Source: Eledone cirrhosa | Taxonomy: Eukaryota | DNA: 64,000 bases | Assembly (NCBI GenBank): GCA_964016885.1 | Contig: OZ024741.1 | Span: 15,066,001-15,130,000, forward strand | Direction of reading: 5' to 3' | Shown: positions 43,791 through 55,384 of the stretch, piece by piece | How positions within the stretch are numbered: position 1 is the first letter of the stretch | Layout: each line of letters opens with the position of its first letter | Translations under genes and position numbers: made by a program | The notes under the pieces: generated by a model | Told to the model about the DNA's origin: nothing | The model's database searches: none | Seen by the model: only the letters and a program-made list of their open reading frames with translations

Positions 43791-43830
<40 letters not shown>

Positions 43831-44029
43831 GGTGTGTGTGTGTGTGTGTGTGTGTGTTAGTTGTAATATCTTAATCAGAAAGTCATTCGAAAACTGTTGA
43901 GAGATAATGACGCCAAAAGTAAATGCAAAAACGGGCTGTTGCACTCTTACAAGTATTTTTCTGGGTTGAAGTGTGGTATACACACACACACACACACACG
44001 CGCGCGCACACACATACACACAGAGGCTC

Positions 44030-44615
<586 letters not shown>

Positions 44616-44621
44616 ACCAAC

Positions 44622-44692
44622 GGCTGAGATGTTGCTGTTTCAACAGTTAATTTCAGACAGGAACCAGCTGTTGAAACGGCAAGAGCTCAGCC
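44622..44692 (+). other. 71-nt hairpin (27-bp stem, 17-nt loop), pre-miRNA-like or MITE remnant
   Basis: GGCTGAGATGTTGCTGTTTCAACAGTT pairs with AGCTGTTGAAACGGCAAGAGCTCAGCC, with two mismatches and two G-U pairs. Confidence 0.55.
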
Positions 44693-44789
44693 ATCGGGGC
44701 CCCGACTCATTCTAATGTATTCACACTGCACTATTGAAAGTGTTGAGTACTCTGTTGAATAATGGTCTATTTTAAAACTGGTTCAATCC

Positions 44790-44990
44790 TGATTTGATAG
44801 ATGACAGCTCCGATACTATGGACATGTTGTTAGAATGTCTCTGGATAGAATCGCTGGACATAGCGTAGGGTGAAGCACAACCGCCAGGAGACCCAGGGGT
44901 AGATCTCCAGAGCCAGATGGTTGGATAACATCCATGAGGTCAGCTGGTCTCGTTTGGAATCCAGCCGGATCAGTTGAACCGTTGGTCAGT
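44790..44990 (+). mobile_element. RTE-like LINE 3' fragment, same family as 41130-41687
   Basis: QLRYYGHVVRM and RRPRGR..RWLDNI motifs. CAGGAGACCCAGGGGTAGAT...AGATGGTTGGATAA is shared with the reverse complement of ~41205-41250. Confidence 0.8.
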
Positions 44991-45097
44991 CAATAATAAA
45001 CATTGAGGACCAAATGAATTAACTGTGGAGATATAAAAGATACAGAAGTGAAAAGCAACCAAACAGTGTGTTGTGTTATTTCTGGCAATATTATTAC

Positions 45098-45297
45098 AAC
45101 AATATGACCCTCCCCAAGTATAGCAATATGACCCTCCCCAAGTATAACAATATAACCCTCCCCAAGTATAGCAATATGACCCTCCCCAAGTATAGCAATA
45201 TGACCCTCCCCAAGTATAACAATATAATCCTCCCCAAGTATAGCAATATAACCCTCCCCAAGTATAGCAATATGACCCTCCCCAAGTATAACAATAT
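45098..45297. repeat. 24-bp minisatellite AATATRACCCTCCCCAAGTATARC, 8 copies
   Basis: Seen directly. Confidence 0.96.
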
Positions 45298-45339
45298 TTG
45301 TTTCGACACACGATTTCATATCAAAAACATCGCAAAACA

Positions 45340-45710
<371 letters not shown>

Positions 45711-45993
45711 CCATGTACACACATAACAGCAAAGACAATAAATTCCCTAGTAATCTTAGTGACCGTACTTAGTAATATGTGTTGAGCCAGCTCCAGCCAC
45801 CCTCACATCAACACCACATCTAATATTAACAAACAGAAATTTAACTATATAACTGAAACTGATATATTTTATAGCAGCAGTCACGTCTGTCAGTGGATAT
45901 TGTTTAACCGTTTATATACGGCTCCACCCCCTTCACATTTTACCTACAATTTCTACTCTGCTAAGATGGAAACGAAAGTGAAACTAAACATCG

Positions 45994-46044
<51 letters not shown>

Positions 46045-46096
46045 TGTGTGTGTCTGCGTGTGTGTGAGTATGTGTGTATGTGTATACATACACTCT

Positions 46097-46136
<40 letters not shown>

Positions 46137-47553
46137 CAAACAAACACATACACACACATATATATGTATATTTATATATATGTATGTATATATATACATA
46201 TACATGTATATATATATATATGTATATATTACCATAAACGTCACATGACATATTGATGTCTCTTCTTCTTCATCCTCTCAACCTCTTCCTTCCTCCTTTC
46301 CCCACCTATATCGCGCTACACCTATCTTTAACCACCTCCACTTTCTCTATCTCTTTCGTCTTTACCTCTCACTCCCCCCTCATTGCTTCCGCCCCCTTCT
46401 CTCCCCACCTCTCACCACCTCTTCTCTTCTCTCCCCACCTTTCTCCACCTCTCTCCCCACCTCTCCCCACTCCCGTTCTTCCGCTCTTTTTCTCAAGGGA
46501 ACCAGAAAATAGCGGGAAATAAAATGACAGATAATATATATGAATCGAGAAAATGAAAGTAGAACAGTAATTTAAAAATTACAGCCATTTTGTGGTGGGA
46601 AGCGACGGGGAGGACAGCATTGTATTGGTGCTGGTGTCAGTAGTAGATAGTACTGATGGTGATAGTGATGGTGATGGTGATGGTGAGGTGGTGTATTAAG
46701 GGAGGGATGAGAGGAATTATTGGTGAGCTACTTGTGTAGTTGTTACTGGAACAAAAATAAAAGCCACTTTCTATTTCTCAATGTTACCCTAAAGTGTGAT
46801 AAAACACCATTCGATACCATGTTATAATTACTTGCTATGATATCAGTGGCCGCAAAACAAAGTTTATGGTCGGAGGATATATATAAAAACAAATTACTTG
46901 ACGCATTCCTCTTATCTCTTTCATTCCTCAAAAGGAATGAGTTTGTTGTACATAAAAACATTTATTTATTTATTTATTTCTCGATTTATCTCTTTCTTTT
47001 ATTTAATTTATTCATTTATTAACGAGTCGGTGTTACGCATGCGTGAACCAGCGTCACAAAACATTTTTTTTTCACTCCGTGCATTTAATTGGTCGGCGTC
47101 GTAGAAACATAATATAAATATCGGTGGATTACCACCAGTACTGCCACTACCATCATCATCAATACGACAACTACCGCCCCACAATCATCATCACCACCAC
47201 TACATCACCACATTCAGCTCCACTACCACCACTACCACCACTACTACCACAACCACCACCACCATCACCACCAGTATAGAGAAAGAGAAGAAATGGGTGA
47301 GAAATATACAACCGAGGGGGTTGAAGAGGGAAATTAATTAGTTGATTACACATTAACTCACTTTATCCTCGCAGTATATTCAATATTATTATGTTCCTCC
47401 ATTAGATTCAGCATGTAATTATCCATGTTTATATCTGTGTCGGCCGTATATCAAGATATATATATATATATGTCAACTGTTATTTTTATCTAAAGACATT
47501 TTTTTCCAATTCCAACCCATCCGTCCCCTTAATCTATTTTATTTCTCATTCTT

Positions 47554-47589
47554 TCTTCTGATGAAGGGCTACTGTCCGAAACGTTAAGA
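47554..47589 (+). ncRNA. Minimal type I hammerhead ribozyme motif, type A, intact core
   Basis: UCUU-CUGAUGA-A-GGGC-UACU-GUCC-GAAAC-GUU-AAGA: helix I UCUU/AAGA, helix II 4 bp with tetraloop, palindromic AACGUU in place of helix III. Confidence 0.8.
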
Positions 47590-47731
47590 CCCTCTTCCTA
47601 CTATATAAAGCGTTAATCTAATATATATATATATATATATATGTGTAAAAGGTAAACAGAAATAACAACACAATCGGTACAGTATATGGAAGGAATATAT
47701 TAAATTAACGCTTTATATAGTAGGAAGAGGG

Positions 47732-47767
47732 TCTTAACGTTTCGGACAGTAGCCCTTCATCAGAAGA
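47732..47767 (-). ncRNA. Minimal type I hammerhead ribozyme motif, type A, intact core
   Basis: Exact reverse complement of 47554-47589. Confidence 0.8.
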
Positions 47768-48001
47768 AAGAATGAGAAATAAAATAGATTAAGGGGACGG
47801 ATGGGTTGGAATTGGAAAAAAATGTCTTTAGATAAAAATAACAGGTCCATTCATGTTGACATCTCTTGCAAAACTGTTGGTGCTGGTGTTTTGTGTATGA
47901 TTTGTTTTTTTAGAAAAGTGGATGATGGCGCGCGTCTACCTGAAATGGAAAAAAAAAACGTTTTGTAAAAAGAACTATACTTGTGCACGTGCGTAAGCAT
48001 G

Positions 48002-48086
<85 letters not shown>

Positions 48087-48235
48087 ATAGGTCCGAACGA
48101 AGCTAAGAAGAAATGTGTGTGCATATGTGAGAAAAAGAGTGTGTGTGCATGTAAGTACGAACCTATGAGCAAAAGTATTGTATATGTATGTATGTATATA
48201 CGCATATGTATATATGTATATACATATGTATATAC

Positions 48236-48269
<34 letters not shown>

Positions 48270-48574
48270 GTGTGTGTGTAAGAGAGCAAGAGAGAGAGTG
48301 AAAATATGGCCAGTTACGTGTTCAATATGGAGTATAACAGAAACTGATACCTTTTACCAAAGAAATGTGTGATGTCTTCCTGAATCTACATATAAACATG
48401 CATGTAGGGCCCTGTAACTCCTGGGGAAGCGGTAGGGTTGCCGTATTAACATACAGCGTCTCTATTGCATCTTTACATCTGGTGGAGCCCATCTCCTCTC
48501 CAAGTCTGGATACAGCAGATTTCTTCCAGAGAATGAGAGGAGAGAATGGAAGTGAGAAAGAGATATATAGGAAG

Positions 48575-48705
48575 AATCGACCCCAGAACTTTCTTTATCG
48601 ACCTCAAATGGATGAAAGGTAGTTGAACACAAAGAACAGAATGTTGAAACGAATGCAATAAAGCCTTCTATCCAACATTCTAACGACCCTGCCAATTGTC
48701 CACCC
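48575..48705 (-). mobile_element. Degenerate tRNA-derived SINE
   Basis: Minus strand reads GGTGGACAATTGGCAGGGTCGTTAGA...CCTTTCATCCATTTGAGGTCGATAAAG...CTGGGGTCGATT. Confidence 0.7.
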
Positions 48706-48861
48706 TCTATATATGAGGACTAGAAGTATATCTACCCAGGGGTCCCACTCAAACTGCTGCACCAACAGGGACGAGACATTTTATATATTTGTAAAAGACC
48801 TGGTGAAAGTCTAGTCTGGACCAACTTTGAAACATATGTAGCGGTTTTTAAAACATTGTAC

Positions 48862-49559
48862 TATATAAAGATAGATTATAACTCTTCACACGATATAGAC
48901 TAGATGATAACTCTTCACACAATATAGAGTAGATTATACTCTTCACACGATATAGAGTAGATTATAACTCTTCACACGATATAGAGTAGATTATAACTGT
49001 TCACATGATATAGAGTAGATTATAACTGTTGACACTATATAGAGTAGATTATACTCTTCACACGATATAGAGTAGATGATAACTCTTTACATGATATAGA
49101 GGAGATTATAACTGTTCACACGATATAGAGTAAATTGTACTCTTCACACGATATAGAGTAGATTATAACTGTTCACATGATATAGAGTAGATTATAACTG
49201 TTCACACTATATAGAGTAGATTATACTCTTCACGCGATATAGAGTAGATTATAACTGATCATACGATATAGAGTAGATTCTGTTCACACCATATAAAGTA
49301 TATTATAACTGTTCACACGATATAGAGTAGATTATAACTCTTCACACGATATAGAGTAGATTATAACTGTTCACACCATATAGAGTAGATTATAACTGTT
49401 CATACGATATAGAGTAGATTATAACTGTTCACACGATATAGAGTAGATGATACTCTTCACGTGATATAGAGTAGATGATGCTCTTCACACGATATAGAGT
49501 AGATTATAACTCTTCACACGATATAGAGTAGATTATACTTTTCACACGATATAGAGTAG
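48862..49559. repeat. 28-29-bp minisatellite GATATAGAGTAGATTATAACTSTTCACAC, ~24 copies
   Basis: Seen directly. Confidence 0.96.
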
Positions 49560-49689
49560 TCCTGTCAGCAACGAGGAATATTCACGCTGCAACAGTATAT
49601 ACATACATAAACACACACAGAGAATTACACGCATATATATGTAGACATATATAAGCGTAGTTGTTTATGCGTACATGTACGTATCTGCG

Positions 49690-49749
<60 letters not shown>

Positions 49750-49770
49750 TCTGTGTATGTATGTGTGTAT

Positions 49771-49812
<42 letters not shown>

Positions 49813-49875
49813 TGACGAGGTTAAAGTATCAACTATAATCTCGCTTGCACACATTACTCAATGAATTATGGAATG

Positions 49876-49937
<62 letters not shown>

Positions 49938-50473
49938 TATATATATATATATATATACACACACCCGTATGGTGTAGTTTTATTGACTCATTCCGCTATA
50001 AATACGTGAACAAACATACACACACATACACTCACACACATACACTCACACACACACATACACTCACTATATGAACTAAATAAAGTGCTGTTGATACAAA
50101 CAGATTGTGGGTATCTTTAAAAGTTTATAGTAACTTATCTAGAACTAGCTAAAGGAACTCCCGGGAGTACCACAGAATCCTATGAAATACTTCTCTTCAA
50201 TCCACTCAGAGAATGAAAGACTGTATGAGGGAAATTCGTATTAGTTTCTCGTGATATATGTGAATTAAAGCCCCTTTCTCAATGTTTGTATTCTCTTCGC
50301 AAGAGATAATGTGCTGTTAAATAAACATGGTTTCTTATAAATGTTAGCAGAACATAGAGAATACAAAAGTCCAAGACTGAACCAACTTTCCCTACCATAA
50401 TTCTAATGAAGATTTTCAATTTTGAAAATAATCAAGAATTTACATAATTAACATTCTCATTATTAAACTGATG

Positions 50474-50681
50474 AGGGCGGTGCATTGGCAGTATCGGTCG
50501 AGCGTCACACACCATGCTTTGCTGCATAGAGCTTCGGCCCTTTAGTTTCTGAGTTCAAATCCCGCCGTGGTTAACTTTGCTTTCATCCTTACCTGGTCGA
50601 TAAAATAAAGTCCCACTAACGCACTGGTGTCGATTTAATCGACTTTCCTCACCCCCCAAAATGGAGGCCTTGTGCCTAAAT
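50474..50681 (+). mobile_element. tRNA-derived SINE
   Basis: GGCGGTGCATTGGCAGTATCGG (A-box-like), GAGTTCAAATCCC (B-box), CTTTCATCCTT...GTCGATAAAATAAAGT body and GGCCTTGTGCCT tail. Confidence 0.88.
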
Positions 50682-50691
50682 GACAACCACA

Positions 50692-50872
50692 ATATCGGTA
50701 GAGGGTCGGACGCCATGCTTTGCAGCACAGAGTTACGTCCCTTTGCGGACTGAGTTCAAATCCCGCCGAGGTTAACTTTGCCTTTCATTCTTACGGGGTC
50801 GATAAAATAAAGTACCAGTAATACACTGGGGTAATTGCTGGCCTTGTGCCAAAAGTAGAAAGCATTATTAAT
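50692..50872 (+). mobile_element. tRNA-derived SINE, 5'-truncated with an internal deletion (second of a tandem pair)
   Basis: GAGTTCAAATCCCGCCGAGGTTAACTTTGCCTTTCATTCTTACGGGGTCGATAAAATAAAGTACCAG...GGCCTTGTGCCAAAAGTAGAAAGCATTATT. Confidence 0.88.
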
Positions 50873-50952
50873 GTTGCTGTAACAGCTGTCAGAATTGTTG
50901 TTTTTGTTGCTGCTGAATCTGCCGTTGTTGTTGTCACATGTGTTGTTATTAT

Positions 50953-51520
50953 TGTTGTTGTTGTAACTATCAACTGCTGTTGTTGCAGTTGTCACTGTAG
51001 ATAGTGCTGTTGTTGTTGTTGTTGTAACTATCAACTGCTGTTGTTGCAGTTGTCACTGTAGGGGGTGCTGTTGTTGTTGTTGTTGTAACTATCAACTGGT
51101 GTTGTTGCAGTTGTCACTGTAGATAGTGCTGTTGTTGTTGTTGTTGTAACTATCAACTGCTGTTGTTGCAGTTGTCACTGTAGGGGGTGCTGTTGTTGTT
51201 GTTGTTGTAACTATCAACTGGTGTTGTTGCAGTTGTCACTGTAGATAGTGCTGTTGTTGTTGTTGTTGTAACTATCAACTGCTGTTGTTGCAGTTGTCAC
51301 TGTAGGGGGTGCTGTTGTTGTTGTTGTTGTAACTATCAACTGGTGTTGTTGCAGTTGTCACTGTAGATAGTGCTGTTGTTGTTGTTGTTGTAACTATCAA
51401 CTGGTGTTGTTGCAGTTGTCACTGTAGATAGTGCTGTTGTTGTTGTTGTTGTTGTAACTATCAACTGGTGTTGTTGCAGTTGTCACTGTAGGGGGTGCTG
51501 TTGTTGTAACTACCAACTGG
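50953..51520. repeat. 61-bp GTT-derived minisatellite with alternating A/B variants
   Basis: Unit (GTT)5-GTAACTATCAACTGSTGTTGTTGCAGTTGTCACTGTAG[ATA|GGG]GTGCT, in the order A B A B A B A A B. Confidence 0.93.
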
Positions 51521-51888
51521 TGTTGTTGTTTTTGTTGTTGTTGTTGTTGCTTTTGGTGTTGTTGTTGCTGTTGTTGTTGTTGTTGCTGTTGTTGTTGTTG
51601 TTGCTGTTGTCTATTCAACATTCATGTCCAGTTAAATTCTCTTAACAACGTCGTCATTTTGACCAACAGATCGATATTCTATTGATAAGATCAATAACGA
51701 TCATCGATAACTAGTGAAACCTGTTCCATTAGCATGAAGTAAACACTGTCGAATTGTTAGCTATCACTTGTGAAACGTGGCTGGCTAATCATTATTAGAT
51801 TAGACAGCAGAGGTTTAGAAACATGGCACAGCTGACAGAAACACTCGTATACAGTCACATACGGAAATACACGCGGTTCCAACATAGG

Positions 51889-51903
51889 CACACACACACA
51901 CAC

Positions 51904-51941
<38 letters not shown>

Positions 51942-52014
51942 ACACACACACACGCACGCACACACACACACTCACACACACACACACTCACACACACACG
52001 CACACACACACACT

Positions 52015-52048
<34 letters not shown>

Positions 52049-52054
52049 CACACA

Positions 52055-52099
<45 letters not shown>

Positions 52100-52163
52100 G
52101 CACGCACACACACACACTCACACACACACACACTCACACACACACACACACATACTCCCCCCA

Positions 52164-52206
<43 letters not shown>

Positions 52207-52385
52207 TCCCCCCACGCACATACACACACACACACACACATAAACACACACACACGCACACATACACACACACACACACACACGTACACATACGCCCCCC
52301 ACACACACAAACACACACACACGCACACATACACACACACACACACATAAACACACACACACATACACACACACACATACACACG

Positions 52386-52422
<37 letters not shown>

Positions 52423-52501
52423 TCACAGATATTGACAGAGCCGCAACAATACATAGACTCACACAACAACACACGTAAATACACACGGTTGCAACATAGG
52501 C

Positions 52502-52562
<61 letters not shown>
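51889..52562. repeat. Compound (CA)n/(TA)n/(TG)n microsatellite
   Basis: Seen directly. Confidence 0.93.
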
Positions 52563-52566
<4 letters not shown>

Positions 52567-52722
52567 AGCCGATTGCCTAATATAGGTCTGTTATTTTTCT
52601 TAATTTAATATTTAAAATTAAGTCTGACAAACCATATTGCTGTAGTTAGTATTTTTTCACCCTACCAAACTTGGTCCTTACGATTCGAACACATGCATCT
52701 TTATATTAGTGTTCATCTCTCT

Positions 52723-52779
<57 letters not shown>

Positions 52780-52909
52780 GTGAGGTTTTTTTTACAAAAT
52801 GAAAAAAAAACGAGGTGTCCTACACGAGTGAAAGTATACGGAAAAAAGATGAAGCCGAAAATGCAACTGGAGTCTTTTTTTTTTTTAAATATATATATTT
52901 ATTTGGTTC

Positions 52910-52945
52910 CTTTACCGGTTTCGCAGTTCTTCTGCTTTTCAAAAG
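52910..52945 (-). ncRNA. Minimal hammerhead-like motif, type C (U3-A8 core)
   Basis: Minus strand reads CUU-UUGAAAA-GCAG-AAGAA-CUGC-GAAA-CCGG-UA-AAG: perfect helix II, palindromic ACCGGU, helix I CUU/AAG. Confidence 0.65.
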
Positions 52946-52999
52946 TAGAATTGAGATGGAGGGTTTGTGGTTTTTCTCACATCTCATATATATATATAT

Positions 53000-54400
53000 A
53001 ACTTTGATAACTTTGATAGGTTTCGGCCAGTATTGGCCCAGGCCACGTCTAACTTAATAGCACCACCTGGCGAAGTCTTATAAATCAGGGTTTGGGCGCC
53101 GTCGCCCACTCGAGTAGAGAGTTATTGTTTACGGAGGCATATCCGGGTGTAGGGGGCTTATCCGGGATTTCTCGAAGGAATTTGTCCAAAGACTTCTTGA
53201 ACTTGATGGGGTCTGTTTCTGTTTTGATATGTTTTGGTGTAACGTTAAAGAGAGCAGGGCCAATTGAGCTGAAATAATTGTGCCGGATTGTTGTTATGAG
53301 ATGCGAGTGAGATTTTTGTCGTAGGCGGATAAGCACGGGGCCCAAGCCTTGGGTGTACATTAAAGGTGATGCCAACATCATTTGGGCAAAGCTGATGGAA
53401 TATTTTCCACATCATACAGATAATGTAGCGCCCACGGCGACGTTGAAGAGAATAAAGGTTGAGCTTTTCTAATCAACTCCAATAGTCAAGGCCTGTCATG
53501 CCATCTATCTTTTTTGTAATCGATCTTTGGGGTGCTTCAACTTTATGATACTTTGTTTCGTGTGGGGAGATCACAGTGGACAACAGTATTCAAGGTGGGG
53601 TCGGGCGAAAGTGGAGAAGAGAAGGATACCTGTGGATATCTCTCGACTGGAAAGTTCTAAGAATCCAGAAACACATTCTGTGAGCCATGTCAACTTTGCT
53701 GTTTATATGAGTGGCCCAGCTTATGTTGTTGTCCACAATTACTCCCAGGTCTCTGATCTTGTTGGATGCCACTAGAGTTTCACCCGAAGGAAGAGAGTAT
53801 GGTAGTTTCAGGGCATCCTTATCTTCATTCAACAACATATTATTCATCTCTGCCCATTGGATAACAGCCAGTAGGTCTGACTGAAGTCAAGTCTGGTCAC
53901 CCACCTCATTGATGACCCTTTGGAGCTTGGAATCATCTGTGAAGATTCTTATGTTACTGTGCTTGATGATGTCAGTAATGTCATTAATGTAGATGATGAA
54001 AATAAGTGGGCCCAACACAGTGCCTTGTGGGACGCCACTGCTGACTTTGGCAGGGTTTGATATTACTCCTTCGACTACAACATGTTCGGTTCTGTTTGTC
54101 AGGAAACATTTGATCCACTGTAGTAATTTTCCAGAGACACCAATATTGGATAGTTTCTTCAGTAGAATCTTATGATCAACCCTGTCGAAGGCCTTGCTGA
54201 AATCAAGGTAGATAACATCAGTGTTGGAGCCCTCTCCCAAGGCTCTCAAAACATCGTCAAAGTGATGGAGGAGCTGCGATAGGCAGTCCCTTCCATTACG
54301 GAATCCATGTTGGTTGAGTTCAGCAGGCCGTTGCTTTCAAGAAAGTGGGTTATTCATGATCTCACCACCCTCTCAAATACCTTGATAATATGACAGGTGA
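53000..54400 (-). mobile_element. 5'-truncated CR1-like LINE: reverse transcriptase pseudogene plus 3' tail
   Basis: DVIYLDFSKAFDRVDH, SGVPQGTVLGPLIFIIYIND, FTDDSK (YADD motif altered), IRDLGVIVD and FKKSLDKFL..IPDKP, with stops and frameshifts. 3' stem-loop GGCCAATACTGGCC and TATCAAAGT tail repeats. Confidence 0.92.
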
Positions 54401-54521
54401 GTTATATATATATATGAGAACGGATTTTTAAAAATCCGTTTTTAAATTCACTATCCAAGGAAAATTCAACTGATAAGGTATGTTCCTTGGCTATGTCAAA
54501 ATTTATAAAACACACTTTGTA

Positions 54522-54578
54522 TATTATCTGATGAAAGCGTACCAAAGGCTTTTTGGTACCCTTGAAATATATATAATA
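54522..54578 (+). ncRNA. Minimal hammerhead ribozyme motif, type B
   Basis: UAUUA-U-CUGAUGA-AAGCGUACCAAAG-GCU-UUUUGGUACCCUU-GAAA-UAUA-UA-UAAUA: helix I 5 bp, helix II ~12 bp with one C-C mismatch. Confidence 0.78.
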
Positions 54579-54616
54579 GAATAAATATGGTTTTATAAAT
54601 ATAGTTTATTTAATAT

Positions 54617-54710
<94 letters not shown>

Positions 54711-54790
54711 CTGACTATCCAGGAAGCTCCAACCGTTAAGGTTGTCTTTTTTTCCGGGTATGGCAATATTTATTTATAAAACAAATCTGT

Positions 54791-54854
54791 ATTTTATCTG
54801 ATGAAAGCGCACCATAATTTGCCTTGGTTGCCCTTGAAATATGTATAATAAAAT
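54791..54854 (+). ncRNA. Minimal hammerhead ribozyme motif, type B
   Basis: UUA-U-CUGAUGA-AAGCGCACCA-loop-UGGUUGCCCUU-GAAA-UAUG-UA-UAA. Confidence 0.7.
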
Positions 54855-55384
54855 AAATATGGTTTTATAAATATAGTTTCCATTTATTAATATATTGTAT
54901 ATATAAATATACGCATGCATGCAGATACACTTAAACTGCAGAGATGAGTGCACCGATGGAATATTGCGAATGATGTGTGTGTAGGAATGTGTATCTGTGT
55001 ATGTGTGAGTGTGTGTGTATATGTGTGTGTGTATCTATAGTGTCTGTGTTTATGTGTGCGTGTGTATGTATAAGTGTGTGCATGTGTGCGTGTGTATATA
55101 TAAGTGTGTATGTGTGTATGTGTGTGTATTTAATGTGTATGTTATCTAGACCTTTGTAGAGAGCACACCATCCAAAGTAATTCGGTCAAGATATTATTGG
55201 AAGGAAATGTTTGATTGTTCCAGTGAAAGCTTCCCTGATATTCTGGCAGGAATCAAATTTGCTAAATCATTATAAGACACAACTGATAAAAATATTTATC
55301 TATGTTCATCAAAAACCTACGTCTTCCCCAGCAATATGGCGACATTTTATATCGCTACTTAAGGGATTACTGACTCTATTGCTA

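Larger units (their letters stand above)
47477..47912. mobile_element. Convergent inverted pair of type-A elements (47477-47626 +, 47644-47912 -) separated by (TA)n
   Basis: 150-bp arms 47477-47626 and 47695-47844 are almost perfect reverse complements. Confidence 0.9.
54449..54899 (+). mobile_element. Tandem dimer of type-B hammerhead-bearing element (54449-54622, 54712-54899) separated by (TA)n
   Basis: Both units read ACTATCCA-GGAA...ATTTATAAAACA...CTGATGAAAGCG...CCCTTGAAATAT.TATAATA.AATAAATATGGTTTTATAAATATAGTTT...ATTGTA. Confidence 0.85.

Noticed and set aside
45292-45332. Minus-strand UUGAUAU...GAAAC as a hammerhead
   Set aside because: The core is non-canonical and helix II has only 2 bp.
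50468-50500. CTGATGA as another hammerhead core
   Set aside because: No helix II or GAAA follows. It runs directly into the SINE head.
50474-50570. tRNA gene
   Set aside because: A/B-box-like motifs are present but there is no cloverleaf. It continues into the SINE body.
53018-53045. Minus-strand GGCC-AATACT-GGCC-GAAACC as a hammerhead
   Set aside because: No upstream CUGANGA. It is better explained as the LINE 3' stem-loop before the tail repeats.
54419-54440. 22-bp perfect palindrome AACGGATTTTTAAAAATCCGTT
   Set aside because: Real but isolated at the LINE/element junction. No function can be supported.
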